64,000 nt of DNA from Epiperipatus broadwayi. Taxonomy: Eukaryota; Animalia; Onychophora. The stretch is taken from contig JAQFVV010000003.1 of the NCBI GenBank assembly GCA_028023455.1, positions 23,622,001 to 23,686,000 on the forward strand, read 5' to 3'. The notes below the pieces were generated by a model. The model had not been told where the DNA came from, did not search any database, and saw only the letters and a program-made list of their open reading frames with translations. How positions within the stretch are numbered: the first letter of the stretch is position 1; each line of letters opens with the position of its first letter. Of the stretch, positions 1 through 13,165 are shown one piece after another. Made by a program: the position numbers and the translations under genes.

Positions 1-1644
1 ATCATATAAAGTTCAGTAACTAGCAATGACAGCTTCTTTTCACACATGATTACCCTAAGCAATTCAGAAACCTCTGAACCCCTAGAGCCATGCAGTGATA
101 GAGGTGCAGATTTCAGAAAGCTAAAGATTACTAACTGGGAGAATGAGAACTCAATTTAGACAATAGAATGGAACTGTTGTGCTCAACCTACCACTTGGGT
201 GTTAAAAATTATTGATTACTTTTTCTGTGCAACTGTGATCATTCAATAAATCTTGTCGTAAGCAGCATAATTCACTGATATGATAAACTTAAGAGCTAAA
301 GATTTATAAACTGATTCCCATCTGATTAAAGCAAAAACTAAATCAGTTTGGTCAACTGAATGTAGTTGTTGTGATGAAGTTGCAATTTGGATACTTAAAT
401 GCCATATGAACTCTCAGCAACTAATGATATGATTACTATTGCTATATATTGTGTTAATCAAGTTAACCAATATCTCATGTCAGCAAGCAACTTTAGTGCA
501 ATCAAGATAATATCTTTATTTCAAATATCAAAATGAACAAGAAGCATATCACAATGATTTATAGTTTGATGATAAATGTTAGTGATTGAATGGCTGATCA
601 GAAATTAGTTTGTTATCTGTAAAAGTATGCATTAACAGATATATTAATTCTAAGATTATACAGATCAAAATTTTTGTAAGTACATAGCAAAATAATTTCT
701 TACCAATTTTCATAATCTGACTTACTTTTATGTGGAAACCTTTTCAGTATGTTTTTTTATTTAATTTAAAGACAATTTTTTCCTTCCAAGATTAGTTATA
801 AGTGTTAGCTGCCTGGTCTAATAAGAGAAGCAGGACAATTGTCTTAGCCATGAATCAGAATATATACTGTACTAAAATCAGACAATATTTTGAAAATTAT
901 TTTTATGAAATCAGTAGCTGAAAATATGTAAAAGAAATAATATGATTTGAGAAATTCTTAATGGAAAGAATATTTCTCCCACTTTTTTTTTTTTAATGGA
1001 AAATTAAATCTGTAAACAAATTTTTTATTCATTCATAATATTTTCCTAAATAATCCTTCAATGAAACAGAAAGAGTCTGGAATCTCTTTTAGCTATGAAA
1101 TAAACTATTTTCCAGGTAATCTGAAAATTGTAAGTAAAAACATTATTGATGATTTAGCACCAAAAACCCATTATTTGTTTATTTTTAACTATTGATTAAT
1201 AAATGAGTTTAAGATTTTTCTCATTATCTTAACAAAGATTAGCTATATTTTCTATTTCTTCCTCCCATATTATGTAGTGCCTTATATTTGTAGAATTGCT
1301 TCATGGTGATTTATAACTTGATGAGATATATCAATGATTAAATGGCCAATCAGAAAACAGAAGGAAGTGAATAGTTGAATGCAGATTGTTGTTTTAGAAG
1401 TTTGTGTGAAAATAATTTTGAATGTTTATTGATATTAACAAGCATTGTTATGGTCCAAAATATTATAAATGTAGACCAAAAAGCATTTTTCTGTACATTA
1501 AAATTCCAAAAAGTTATTTACAACAATAATGATGGTTCAAAATCAATTAAGTATTCTACCAACAATTGTATAGAAATACTTTATCTAAAATAGTGAATCA
1601 TGAAGAAATTATCATGCCATTTACTGCAACAAAAACCTGAAGAA

Positions 1645-1757
1645 GTCAAGTGTTGTTAGCCGAGAGATCATCGCACCCGCCTTGCAAGCAAGTAGTTGGT
1701 TGCATACAGGTGTGGGTTCGCATCCCAGCCGATGCTATGACATATGAAAAAAAAAAA
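1645..1757 (+). mobile_element. tRNA-Gly-derived short SINE / tRNA retrocopy (long-variable-arm subtype)
   Basis: A-box-like TAGCCGAGAG and B-box GGTTCGCATCC, trailer TATGACATATG plus poly(A), 14-bp TSD AAAAACCTGAAGAA (1631-1644 / 1758-1771). Reverse-complement match to the 38535-38642 copy. Confidence 0.8.
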
Positions 1758-3269
1758 AAAAACCTGAAGAATGATTTAATATATTATAATTGTTTTATTC
1801 TGTGAGTTTTTTATTATTTTATTTTGTTTTAGGGTTCTCATTTTTTTTAGTTTTATATTTTTTATTTATTCAATAAGTTACTTTAAATAAGTAGGCAACA
1901 CAGTCATTTTTAAAAAATAGCCAACACAGGATCAAACCTTCATATGGGATAAATGAAGAAGGCGATACTCAATAGGTTTTCCAATTATAAGATAATGAGG
2001 ATTTAAATATCTATCTTTGGTTTACCTTCTAGCTAAAAATAGTTAGATATTTATGTACTGATAAATGTTAAAAGGTAAGTAGATAAACTAAGGGCTCACA
2101 ACATCCTAAATCTCTTGAAGAGAATTTCACTTGGATTTGAACCTGTTTATAGACGTGACACAGATATGCCCTATCTCTGCAATATCAGATTTTTTGTTAA
2201 TAAACAGCTTTTAAGACTTTTCTCAAGTTTAACATCATTATCAACATATAAAATATAGATCAGGGCATTCAATCAATACCTCAATCTATTACTATTCAAC
2301 TTTTTCATTGTCATACTCTCAGATTTAATTTATCTTTAACTATCTATGTGCAAAGTTACTAATGCATACTACTAAGTATTAAATTTATTTATCTATAAAA
2401 ATAAAACAGTAAAGTTATTTTGAATATTCTTTATTAATTAATAGTAACAAGATTTATAAACAAAGAGTTTAGATAAGTTTGCTTATTTTTAACTTGTAAA
2501 CATCCAAAACTAATTTATCCAGGGATGGAAGTTAGTAACAGAAGATTCAACTGATTGTTTTGCAAAATATTTAGTTACTAGAATCTCTATCACACACTTT
2601 ATTTCAATTGTATTTGTTTTACAATATCTGTTTTAATATCATTTGTTTGACATGATTACAACATATTTTAATGAAATGTTTGTTTTCCACATACTTGCAG
2701 ATTACTCTAGTTTATAATATTTGATATCATGTTTATCATGAGCTTGTTTATCTATCATGCCATATAAGTAATTAATTATTCGGAGATATATTTTTATATA
2801 CATTAGCAGCTGCAGAGTCCCATATAAAAATATATTTTGAGTTTTTTTTTTTTTAATTGTGATTGGTTTTTTGTTTTATTATTAGACTGACAACCTGATT
2901 GGATGACAGTTTGAGTTTTTTTCAATCCACTTCTAGCTTTTATAATTGGCTGAAGATCAGTTTGTTAGACCAAACATAATGTATAAATAAAATTTTCAGA
3001 TGCAATGCAAGCCATCTAAAATAAGACAAGGTTAAAATGTGAATAAGAATAAACATCCAAATTACTGCTTCTGAATGAGAAAAATAATGAAATAATAAAA
3101 CACTAAAGGAAAATTTCTTTCATCTCAACAGATTATTTTATTAAAAAAAAAAATTGCTTAAAGCATTGAACGATAAGTAAATTCTCTTAGAATTCTTCTT
3201 ATACCCTTAGAATTACATATATATCATTTTGAATATTACTTTATTAATCAATATGATAATTAAACCACT

Positions 3270-3425
3270 AAACATCACATGATCACCATTTCTTATACTT
3301 GTTCATAACTGTAATTAAAACAGGCAAAAACTCTCCATACAGTAGTGCCAATAGTGCCTACTCATCCAATATCCCCAGACTAGTTTCTAGCTAGAAATTA
3401 GGGGATATTTGGATAGAATAGCACT
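3270..3425. repeat. Family C dispersed repeat (internally deleted copy with local hairpin and hammerhead 3' half)
   Basis: Shares AACATCACATGATCACCATTTCTTAT...AAAACAGGCAAAA(A)CTCTCCATACAGTAGTGCCA with the copies at 15.4, 31.0 and 50.3 kb. Contains CCCCAGACTAGTTTC (reverse complement GAAACTAGTCTGGGG). Imperfect hairpin centred on TTTCTAGCTAGAAA. Confidence 0.7.
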
Positions 3426-3578
3426 GGACAAGCAGTACCAATTAGCATCTATTGATTATTCAAGCTGACACAAGGTGACAAAAGAAGAGGGAGAAAAAAA
3501 AATGACTGTTTAATCTTCAGGATTGTAAAATACACTAATCCCAATGCTCATCTCACATGGTTAAGAAATTCAGAAATG

Positions 3579-3676
3579 CCCTCTGTGAAATAAATATGTA
3601 AATATATTAGAGTCCATATTTCAAAATAGCCAGCCTCAAAATGATACAGACTCTAATATATTTATTTCACAGAGGG
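3579..3676. repeat. Short fold-back (inverted repeat, about 30-bp arms)
   Basis: CCCTCTGTGAAATAAATAT..ATATTAGAGTC versus GACTCTAATATATTTATTTCACAGAGGG, with a spacer of about 34 nt. GAGTCCATATTTCAAA also occurs at about 9124. Confidence 0.6.
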
Positions 3677-4154
3677 GTGATTTAATATTTGAAAATATTT
3701 CTTTTATATAATAAACCAACAAAAAATTTAATATAAATAATTTAATTTAATCTGATTCTGACTGATTATAAATTTCTATTAAATTTCAAAGCAGTTTTTA
3801 AAAATTTTATATGCAGGATTAGTGTAATTCACTAACTATACAATTTACAAACCAGATCTACTATAACAAAAAGACCAAATAATATTTTAAACTTTATAGA
3901 ATTGATAAATATACTAAAATGACTTTATCACCAACTTGACCTATATTGATTTTTCATTTTCCTTATTTTCCAAAATACTTTTAGTAATCATTTCTCTAGA
4001 TTGTAATATGTGCCTGAATTATAAACTATCAAAGGATTAAAAATTCCAATTGACCTATTGTCTCATCTATCAAGTTCTCAATTTCATTGTTATTTACCAA
4101 ACAATAAAATTACTTTTTTATGTTTCTATAAAATGATGCAAACTAAATGACTTG

Positions 4155-4283
4155 GGCTGCAGAAAGGAGTTTACTGTTAACTGAAAGGAGACCCTTCGAT
4201 TCCTCTTGGAGGCCTTAAGTTCTTGTCATTGCAGCTTTTATTACTATGTGATTATTCATATATTATATGAACATGAATGGGCT
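4155..4283 (+). ncRNA. Candidate decayed HDV-like ribozyme at the RTE 5' end
   Basis: GGCTGCA (4155-4161), starting immediately after the TSD, pairs 7/7 with TGCAGCT (4230-4236, G1-U wobble). That strand is preceded by AAG-TTCTTGT-CAT, resembling P3-L3(TCCTCGT)-P3. The P1.1 GG and catalytic C are not intact. Confidence 0.4.
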
Positions 4284-4436
4284 GCTCACCAACATGCATT
4301 AGCCAGGGTGGTGAGTTTATTGGCTTTTTACCTCTGAGTTTAAGATCAAGAAATACCATGGTCTTTCTTCTCAGTTGCCTGATAAGGCAGAATGAATATA
4401 TGTGTAAATGATATTTTCCAATAAATATATACAATC

Positions 4437-7377
4437 ATGACAGACAAAAATAAATCATGGCCCTTATTCCCAGGAGGCTGTAAAGTCACCAACCAAAGTG
4501 GTTGGTGGCCGAAGGCAAAAGGTGCTAAGAATCCCTGATTGTGGACCCAGGCTGCCATTTGATGATGACTTTTTATTTTGATACGTACAACTGCAGATCA
4601 CTTTCAAGTGAAGGAAGTTTGCAAGAATTAAAAGAACTGTCTTATATTAAATGGGACATTATTGGACTTTGTGAAGTTAGAAGAAAAGGTGAAGAGACAA
4701 TTGATTTAAAAAGTGGACATGTACTCTACTATAAAGGCACAAATATTGGAAATACAAGTGGAGTAGGATTCATTATAAATAAAAAGTGGAAGAACAACAT
4801 TGTGGAGATTGATGGTGTATCAGACAGAGTGGCAAGATTAGTTATACAACTTAATAGCAGATACCAAATGCAGATAATTCAGGTTTATGCCCCAACAAGT
4901 TCTCATAGTGATGAAGTATAGAAGATTTTTATATGGATGTACAAAAGGCTTTTGATCAGAGTAAAAACATTTTAAAATTGTTATGGGAGACTTTAATGCT
5001 AGAATTGGTAAACAAATGAAAGATGAAAGTGCTGTAGGTAATTTTGGTTATGGTAATAGAAATGAGAGAGGACATAGACTTGTGGAGTTTGCAGAAAAAA
5101 AAAAACTTTATATTATGAATTCTTTTTTTGAGAAAAATGTTAAAAGGAAATGGACATGGAAGCATCCAAATGAAGGTACAGCAGAATTGGATTATATTTT
5201 GACTAACAGAAAATACATATTTCAAGATTGTAATGTTCTTAATAAATTTAACACAGGAAGTGATCATCGATTAGTAAGATGTAAGATACATGTTAATGCA
5301 AAACTAGAGAGACAAAAATTATTAAAAAAAATAATATTTACGGTTGATATTCCTAATCTTCAGAAACATTCTAATGAATTTAAATTAGAACTTACAAATC
5401 GGTTTCAAGTATTAGTAGATTTTGAACATGATTCAGATTTGAATGAAATTAATATGAAAATAACTGATACACTTTTAAAAACTGCAACAAAGATAGCTGG
5501 TAGAAAAAAAAAGCAGCAATTGACCAATAAAATTTCTACTGAGACTAGAGAATTTATGAAGAAAAGAAGGAATATGAAGATATACAAAAATGATGCATTA
5601 AAAAGGATTGAATATCTTGAATTTTGTAAAATGGTGTGGAAAAGAGTTGAAAATGATATAAGAAAGTATAACTGTGAACTAGCAAGGAAAGCTGTAGAAG
5701 AGAATAAAAGTCTCAAGAGTGTAAAACAACATTTTGGTATTGGTAGGAAATTTATATCTGCAATAAGAAAAAAAGATGGAATTATTACTAAAAAGAGAGA
5801 TGACATCATGAAATGGGTAGAAGACTTCTATCAAGAATTATATAGTAATAAAGAACAAGTACCTCCTATATCTATTATATCTTCTGAATTGCCCAGAATT
5901 TTAAATGAAGAAGTGAGACATGCAATTAAATTTATGAAGAAAGGAAAGGCTCCAGGTAATGATGGAATTATAATTGATATATTAAAAGAAGCAGGTGAAG
6001 AAATAGAAATTTTTTTAGCAAAGTTATATACCAAATGTCTAAATGATAAAGATGTACCAGATGATTGGAAGAATGCAGTATTAATATTAATATTTAAAAA
6101 AGGTGATAAAGAAGATATTAGAAATTACAGACCTATCAGCCTTTTATCAGTTTTATACAAAATTTTTACCAAGATAATTACAACTCATCTACAGAGAACA
6201 TTGGATTTCCACCAACCAAGAGAACAAGCTGGATTTAAAAGTGGTTTTAGTACAGTAGATCATATCCAGGTATTGAGAGAAGTTATAGAAAGGACAAATG
6301 AATATGAGTTGCCATTATGCTTTGGATTTGTAGATTATGAAAAGGCATTTGATTCTATAAACATTTCTTCAGTGATTAAAGCATTGGATCATCAAGGTAT
6401 AGATCCAGGATATTGTCATATTTTAAAGAATATTTATAAAAATGCAACAGCAACAATTAGATTACATAATGATACTAGGAAAGTCAACATTGAGAAGGGT
6501 GTAAGACAGGGTGACTCCATATCTCCAAAACTTTTTACAGCAGTGCTGCAAGAAGTATTTTGTGGATTAAAATGGGAAGCTAAAGGAGTGAAAGTAAATG
6601 GAGATTATTTAAGTCATTTAGATTTTGCAGATGATGTAGTTGTTTTTGCAAATAATGCTTTAGAGCTGCAGGAAATGTTGCAGGAGTTATCAGATGAAAG
6701 TAGGACTAAAGATAAATGTTAAAAAGACTAAAGTAATGTTTAATGGATTTTCTCAAAATATGAAAATAAAGATTGATTATGATGAGTTAGAAGAAGTTAA
6801 CAGTTACAAATATCTTGGTCAGATTATTAATACAGATGGAAACATAATGGATGAAATTAATCATAGAATTAAACTTGGTTGGAGTGCTTTTGGTAGAAAT
6901 AACTTGATACTAAAAGGAAATATGCCTATGTGTTTGAAAAGGAAGGTTTTTAATAAATGTGTTTTACCAGTTCTTACTTATGGATCTGAGACTTGGACAC
7001 TTAATAGAAGAGCAATACAGAGACTTCAGACCACTCAAAGAAGTATGGAGAGATGCATGTTGGGAGTAACAAGAAGAGATCGAAAATGCAATATATGGGT
7101 AAGAGAACAAACAGGTGTTACTGACCTCATTGAAAAAATTAAAAGACTGAAAGTGGAGTTGGGCTGGACATATTGCTAGAAGAGATGATAATAGATGGAC
7201 AATTGAAATCTTAAACTGGATTCCAAGAGATTGTAAAAGACCCAGAAAGAGACCACATGTGAGATGGATGAAATGAGAAAGTATGCAGGAGTAATGTGGA
7301 GAAGAGAAGTTAAAGATTGGAAAAGATTGATTGAACTTGGAGAGACCTTCATCCTGCAGTGGATTGATAATGGTTGA
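4437..7377 (+). pseudogene. RTE endonuclease-reverse transcriptase ORF, disrupted by several small indels
   Basis: ORF-track pieces 4541-4921, 4983-6722 and 6694-7179 join across frameshifts near 4535, 4920, 4965, 6705, 7155 and 7265. The C-terminus reads ...WAGHIARRDDNRW...RPRKRPHVRW...ETFILQWIDNG* (stop at 7375-7377). Confidence 0.9.
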
Positions 7378-10300
7378 TGATGATGATGAAATGGCTTGCT
7401 TTTATATATTTAGTTTTTTTTTTTTTTAATTTTCTGATTAGTTGCTTAAGAGATCACATTTAAATACCCAAGTGGCAGGTTGAGCACTATAATTTTATTT
7501 AATTAACCAATTTGAGATATTTTTTTTTGCTTACCTTAACTGAGAATTAATACTGGAATTTATAGCTCTTGATTCTGCTCTTTTTATTACTGCAGTAAAT
7601 CACATTTCAGATTATTTTGCAAGTAGGTTATTCCTTTTATATATAATTTTTTATACTTAAAGAAATTGGAATAAAGTTACAATAAACTCTGTAGAATTGT
7701 TTCTTTCTTATTGTTATAATTGCAACTTCTTTCCTTTGTTTTTATCAGTTCTTTAATTCTTTCATTTACTATGTTTTTTTCTTTCAGATTTTATATCTCC
7801 ATTTTTTTAAATATATAACCCCCCCCCCTTTTTTTTTTTTTTTTGATGAATGTCTTTGCAGGAATGCAATGATAAAACAAGAACCTTCTCCCCTTTTCCT
7901 GAATATATATCTACAGAGCAGTGATTGTTCACTCTTCCACAGGGTGTTAAAAATATATAAATCAGTCCTTACTTTGCATGATGTGGGATGCTTAATGAGA
8001 ATGTGTGAGATTGGTGTAATGGAGAAATATCGAGCTGTCATTATTATATAGAAATTCAGATGTTGATAGCTCTAGTTTACTTGATGAACAAAGTCTGGGT
8101 GAGAAATGCACATCTAGTAATAGAAGATCAACTGAATGTGCTAATCAGTGGTTGTACTATTAATGGAGTTGAGATGAGATATCATTGTTAAAAAACAAAA
8201 AAATCTTGAAAAGTCTCATATATTTTTTTAAAAAAATTAAATGCCTATTTTTTAGTTTTATTTAATTCATGAAGATTAGCAGAATGTCAGTAACACAGTA
8301 TGGATGAATGTCACTAATGACATGAAATATAATTTACTGCTTTAAAATAGATGACCCTTGTTTGAATGCGATAATTTATATAAATAATATGCTATGCCAC
8401 TAGAATATATATATATAGAGAGAGATTTCCCTAATACGTTAAGATTTTATTTAGTAAAAGAAACATTAAGATTTTCCCCCTTGCCTTTTCTGCTATTTAA
8501 AATAATTCAATCCCACCTTCATGGATTTTATAACAACTGAGAATATTTAAGCATAAGATATTTTAAGAGTAGGGAAAAATGAAAGAAAACTAACAACTAA
8601 TTGGTCACCTTTTCAGAATTGAATAATAACATGAAATAAATAAGGTTTAAAGCAATAACTAGCCTAAGTTCTGGATTTACCCCAGGTAGAAAATCCAGAG
8701 TTAAACAAATAAATTTTTTATACTAAAAAAAAACGAACCTAAAATATTGATTTGTAAAAGCAATCTGGTGGACATAGTAATTAATAATGCATTGTTTTAA
8801 ATGGACATTAAAAACCTTAATTCATGAAGGTTTACTTAAAAAGAAGAAAAGATTTTAGAAATTCAACTCGTCAGATTGTTTGAGATTGGCATATTAATAA
8901 TAACTAAAATAGACATAAAATTAAGTGATAAATAAATGATCACATCAAAGTTAAAGAAAGAGCGTATGAGAGAGAATTAAATTTATAAAAATCATTTGAG
9001 AGCAATTACATATTAGAAAAGTTACAAAATTAAATTATACATTAGGAGAAATTGATAGTAAAGTTTGAGATTAGCTAGATCAGTTTTACTTGTGGCTTGA
9101 AAATTTACCTTGCACTATATTAAGAGTCCATATTTCAAAGTTTGCTCATGCATGGCAATTGTTTCTTAAATAACAGCAAGCTTTTATTCAGCATTCCACA
9201 ATACTCCAGTTGGGTTCTTATTTCATTCTATGGGAGCATGATATAATGGCAAAGGCAGATGACCCTCATGGGTCAGAAAGGTGATGAGATTTCTATCCTT
9301 ACATTTCAACACAGCTTGGATTCAGTTAACTGCACAGTTCTTTCAATAGTAGCTAATCTATTGGTGATTTAAAATCTGGCCATTTTATACTCTGCTCAGG
9401 TATTTCTGGAATGCTTTTAATTACTTAGTTTTAGTCCTTAAAAATCTAATCTCTGATCTAACAAATTTTATATTTCTTTGTTCATTGTTTTTGAAAAAAG
9501 CAACTGTTAGATAACATTCCAAAAATATATTCAAATCTATTTCCAGATTAGAAATAGATTTGACAGAAATATTTATAACAAAAGAAAATCTTAATCTTAA
9601 TCTCATTTTATTTTAAGTAAAAACTTTAATTAAAATACCTTCCCCAGATTAAAACAATAGTGTTTCCAACCGTTTAATTATTTTTGGACAATTACCGGTT
9701 GCATCTTCCATCTTGGATTTTATTAAATATAGAGTTTAATAGGAAAAACAAGCAGTTTAAAAAGAAAAAGTTTTAAAAATGGCGTATAATAAAATATTTA
9801 AAAAATCAATATTGTTAGTAAGGTTTTGCTCCTATATATATATTTGAGCCACACCTATAATACTTTAATAAAAAAGAACAAATAATAATAATAAAAAAAA
9901 ATTTATAACTTAAGCGCGTATCTCAAATATATACATATACGACAAAAGGAGCAGGATGGGATATAGGGTTTGAATACAGGCTAGTAGGTGGAAACATGAA
10001 GCTCAATCTTAAGCTAAGATTGACTGCTTCAATATCAAAGCTATAAATACACAAAAACATATAATAAATTCTAACATAATTATATTACTGGGTATTATAA
10101 CAAATTGTTTATATTTTTAAGATACATTTTATCAATTAAATATAAAAATCTATTATATAATTATGTTGGTACATATATTTTTAGATTTTTTACAGGTCTG
10201 AGGAAGATTGTAAAATAGCCAAAACTGTTGGATTAATTTAAATATTTAATACAAAAAAAAAATTGCATTTTATTAAGTACACATGCAAGTGACTAAATGT

Positions 10301-10805
10301 TTTAATGTTTATCTGTATTATAATTGTATTTTATGTTATAAATCACTTAACTTTGAGTACTGTATTTATGTATTTTTGCAATAAGTCATGTTAAAATTCC
10401 TTATAGTGATTTTAGTAATATTCATCTGTGTATATTTGATATACATAAAATATAATAATGAACTGTTTATTATATTATTTATACTAAATTTTAACAATTA
10501 TCATTTTTAAAATAAATCAGAGTTTCTTTACATATGATAATACTATTTTTTAAAATTAACAATTTTGAAATTTATTTTTCAACATTTAATATATACCATT
10601 CTGTAAATGATTTTTTTCAAAAGAGTTTTATGAATACCCAAACTCCAGGACTTTGTGCTTACTAGTCAGCATATCAGCAAGCAGTATCATGACTTTAATT
10701 CGACTAGATGAATCTCAGAAAGTTTTTTTTTGATTTCAAAGACAGGATTTTTTTTTAGTTTAGATGGTCTATATATTTTATCTAGACATCAAGTATTCAT
10801 GTATA

Positions 10806-11020
10806 TATATATATTGCTTATAATACTTCTTTCATATACACTTCAATGCAAACAAATTTTCTTAAAAACTTTTTTATTTTCCTTATAGTTTCGACTTTCC
10901 AGCAGTCTTCATCAGATCTTTATCAGACCTCCTCTGCTTGCACTTCTCTTCTTTCTGTAAAAGTTTTTTTAAGAAGATTTGTTTGCATCAATATGAAAAA
11001 GTATTATAAGAAATATATAT
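10806..11020. repeat. Fold-back element (about 62-bp imperfect arms) with a hammerhead-like core in the spacer
   Basis: 10806-10873 is the reverse complement of 10959-11020 (TTATAATACTT(C)TTTCATAT..ATGCAAACAAAT.TTCTTAAAAA..CTTTT). The minus strand of the spacer reads CTGATGA-A-GAC-TGCTGGAAA-GTC-GAAAC (10915-10888). Confidence 0.6.
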
Positions 11021-12689
11021 ATGAATATATGAAGATATGCAAAAAAAGTGAAAGGGAAGAATAAGAGAATAGACGTCAAGTATTGAGTGAGAATAAATAC
11101 ATGGCTGTTATTAACTGGAAACTACAGGTCACAAGTTAATCAGTAGTAGTTAAATGGTAAATGAGTATCTAACTGTTATTAGCTAAGGCTAAAGATCACA
11201 AATCATTCAGGGGTACTCATCTGAGTAATGATTTAAATGTTCTGCTTTGTTGTTGATGGAAGATTTATTTTTGTTTTTTTATCTTTTTAAGTTTGTTGTC
11301 TTAAAATAACAAACAATTAAAAAGCAAATAATTTTATTTACAAACTATTTATAAATAAATAGTTTGCATTTAACCTCATTTAGAGAATTTTTTTTTTCTG
11401 TACCAGTAATTTGAAATATTTGAACCATATTAACTAAACACAAAAGAACATTCTGTATATTCTCAAAATGCCATTTCTTAGAGATATTTATATTAAACAT
11501 ATGTTATAAAGTGTAACATTGTGTAAAATATGTGGAAAATTTGATGAGAGGAGTTAATAGACAGTTATAATCAAATAAGATGATTGATATAAGACATCAA
11601 TTTGCTGTTTAGAAAGTTGAAAATATGAAGTCGTTTTTTTAATTATATATATATGCACGTAAGACAATTTTTTTTATACTATTAAGTTTAAAAGTGAATA
11701 TTCTGATATTGGTTGCAAGTCTTGAAATAATTGTACTAGATGAGTTAATTGGCTGGTTTAACACCATGTGGATATTGGAAAGTATGTATTATTGGTGATT
11801 TGATTGGTTGGAAACAATGTTTAAGGAATTAATTTATGTAAAAATATTATTGTGAAGTGTTGTTGTCAAAATACAGAATTCATATCAATGAGGTCCTCAA
11901 ATTATCACATGATTGTTATCTTTTTATAATTCTCTACTAAAATGATATTCATTATTACTTATTATTGTCATAAAATCTATCACTTTCTTTTTTTTGCCAT
12001 AATATTTTATATAAGTATAATCTGCACATCTTACTTTGAACATTTTTTTAGCAAAAAGTTTTTTATTATATATATTTTCATGTATATATTTATAGAATAA
12101 AAAAACAATTAGTAAAAACAAAATTGAATAAGAAAATAGGATTATATATATTGTAAAAAAAGAATATATAATTTTTAGTAAATGGATCTATGTTGAACAA
12201 AGAAATGTATATAAATAAAAACAATTTTTTTTAATATCTAGTTAATACTGTTCAAATTAATGGTTATTTGTTAACAAATATACATACAGTAATATATATA
12301 TATATATATTATATTTCAATTTAATGTTGTTTTTAAATTTTATTTGGTTTTTATTTCATTTTATTTTATTAGTTATATTATATTTTGTGCTATTTATTTT
12401 TCTTTATTATTTTATTAATTACATTATTATTTATGTATATTTATTTTATTTATCATTGTATCATAGATCTGAGGAAGACAGCATGTGTGCATATATATAA
12501 AATAATTTTTTTTTTGCTCTAAAGTGTTCAAAGTAAGGTGTATAGATTGTATTTATATTACTCACTACCTTGTTAACTAAATTGTATTTTCACTACTAAG
12601 TACTTACTTAGTACTAGATTAATGCAAATCGTTGAGAAATTAAAACTTATTTTAATATACAGTACGCATGTTTAGCAAGAATAAATTTG

Positions 12690-13165
12690 GGAGCTAGACC
12701 ATTAATAAAGGTGGAACTCCACCTTTATTGTAAAAGGAGATTGTCTTGACAACGGTTTGAAATTGTTGATTGATATTGGGATTGTCTAAATGTTGATTGG
12801 TTTTTAATGATTACTTACAAACCCATTTAGCATTGAGCATTATTACACTTATTATTTAAGTAATACTTTGGGTGCATTTTGAAATTACTGCAGTTTGTAA
12901 TGTTATAATTGACTATTTATTAGTCTGCATTCAAAATAGGTTATATTTACCTGTTTAAAGACTTTTATTTAAACTTATTTATATCAATAATTTCAATCTC
13001 TGTAGTCAAATTGAATCTTTAGTGTCTATATAAGTATATTGGACCATTAATAAAGATGGGATTCCACCTTTATTGTTAAAAGGAGGTTGCCTTGACAACA
13101 GTTTGAAATTGTTGATTATTATTGATATTGGGTTTGTCTAAGTGTGGACTGATTTTAATGATGTA
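12690..13165. repeat. Family B repeat, two direct copies (about 12700-12815 and 13035-13165), probably a PLE 3' remnant
   Basis: Shared GACCATTAATAAAG.TGG.A.TCCACCTTTATTGT(T)AAAAGGAG.TTG.CTTGACAAC.GTTTGAAATTGTTGATT...GATATTGGG.TTGTCTAA.TGT. Includes the hairpin AATAAAGGTGG-AACT-CCACCTTTATT. A third, inverted copy lies at about 25350-25435. The PLE origin is inference. Confidence 0.6.

Larger units (their letters stand above)
4155..7388 (+). mobile_element. Full-length RTE-clade non-LTR retrotransposon (about 3.2 kb)
   Basis: APE endonuclease motifs (TYNCRSL, DIIGLCEVR, QVYAPTS, MGDFNA, LDYIL, SDH) followed by RT motifs (KAPGNDG, NYRPISLL, QAGF, DYEKAFDS, GVRQGDSISPKLF, FADD). 3' (GAT)n tail at 7376-7388. 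Probable 10-bp TSD AAATGACTTG (4145-4154) / AAATGGCTTG (7389-7398), one mismatch. Confidence 0.95.

Noticed and set aside
17-430. Long single frame with scattered stops containing PLEPCSDRGADF, resembling an integrase SDxG motif
   Set aside because: Only one short motif, with no flanking integrase landmarks in the correct spacing; possibly a decayed Gypsy integrase but not supportable.
9150-9400. Minus-strand KDRNLITFLTHEGH, similar to a Gypsy RT segment
   Set aside because: Too short and decayed, with no YxDD or MPFG to confirm.
10195-10240. CTGAGGAAGATTGTAAAATAGCCAAAACTGTTGG (and CTGAGGAAGAC at about 12469), hammerhead-like
   Set aside because: Helix II does not pair and GAAAC is absent; at best a heavily decayed motif.
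10880-10956. Minus-strand peptide ending ...TAGKSKL* suggesting a peroxisomal PTS1 terminal exon
   Set aside because: It lies in the spacer of a fold-back repeat and overlaps a hammerhead-like core; no upstream exons were found.
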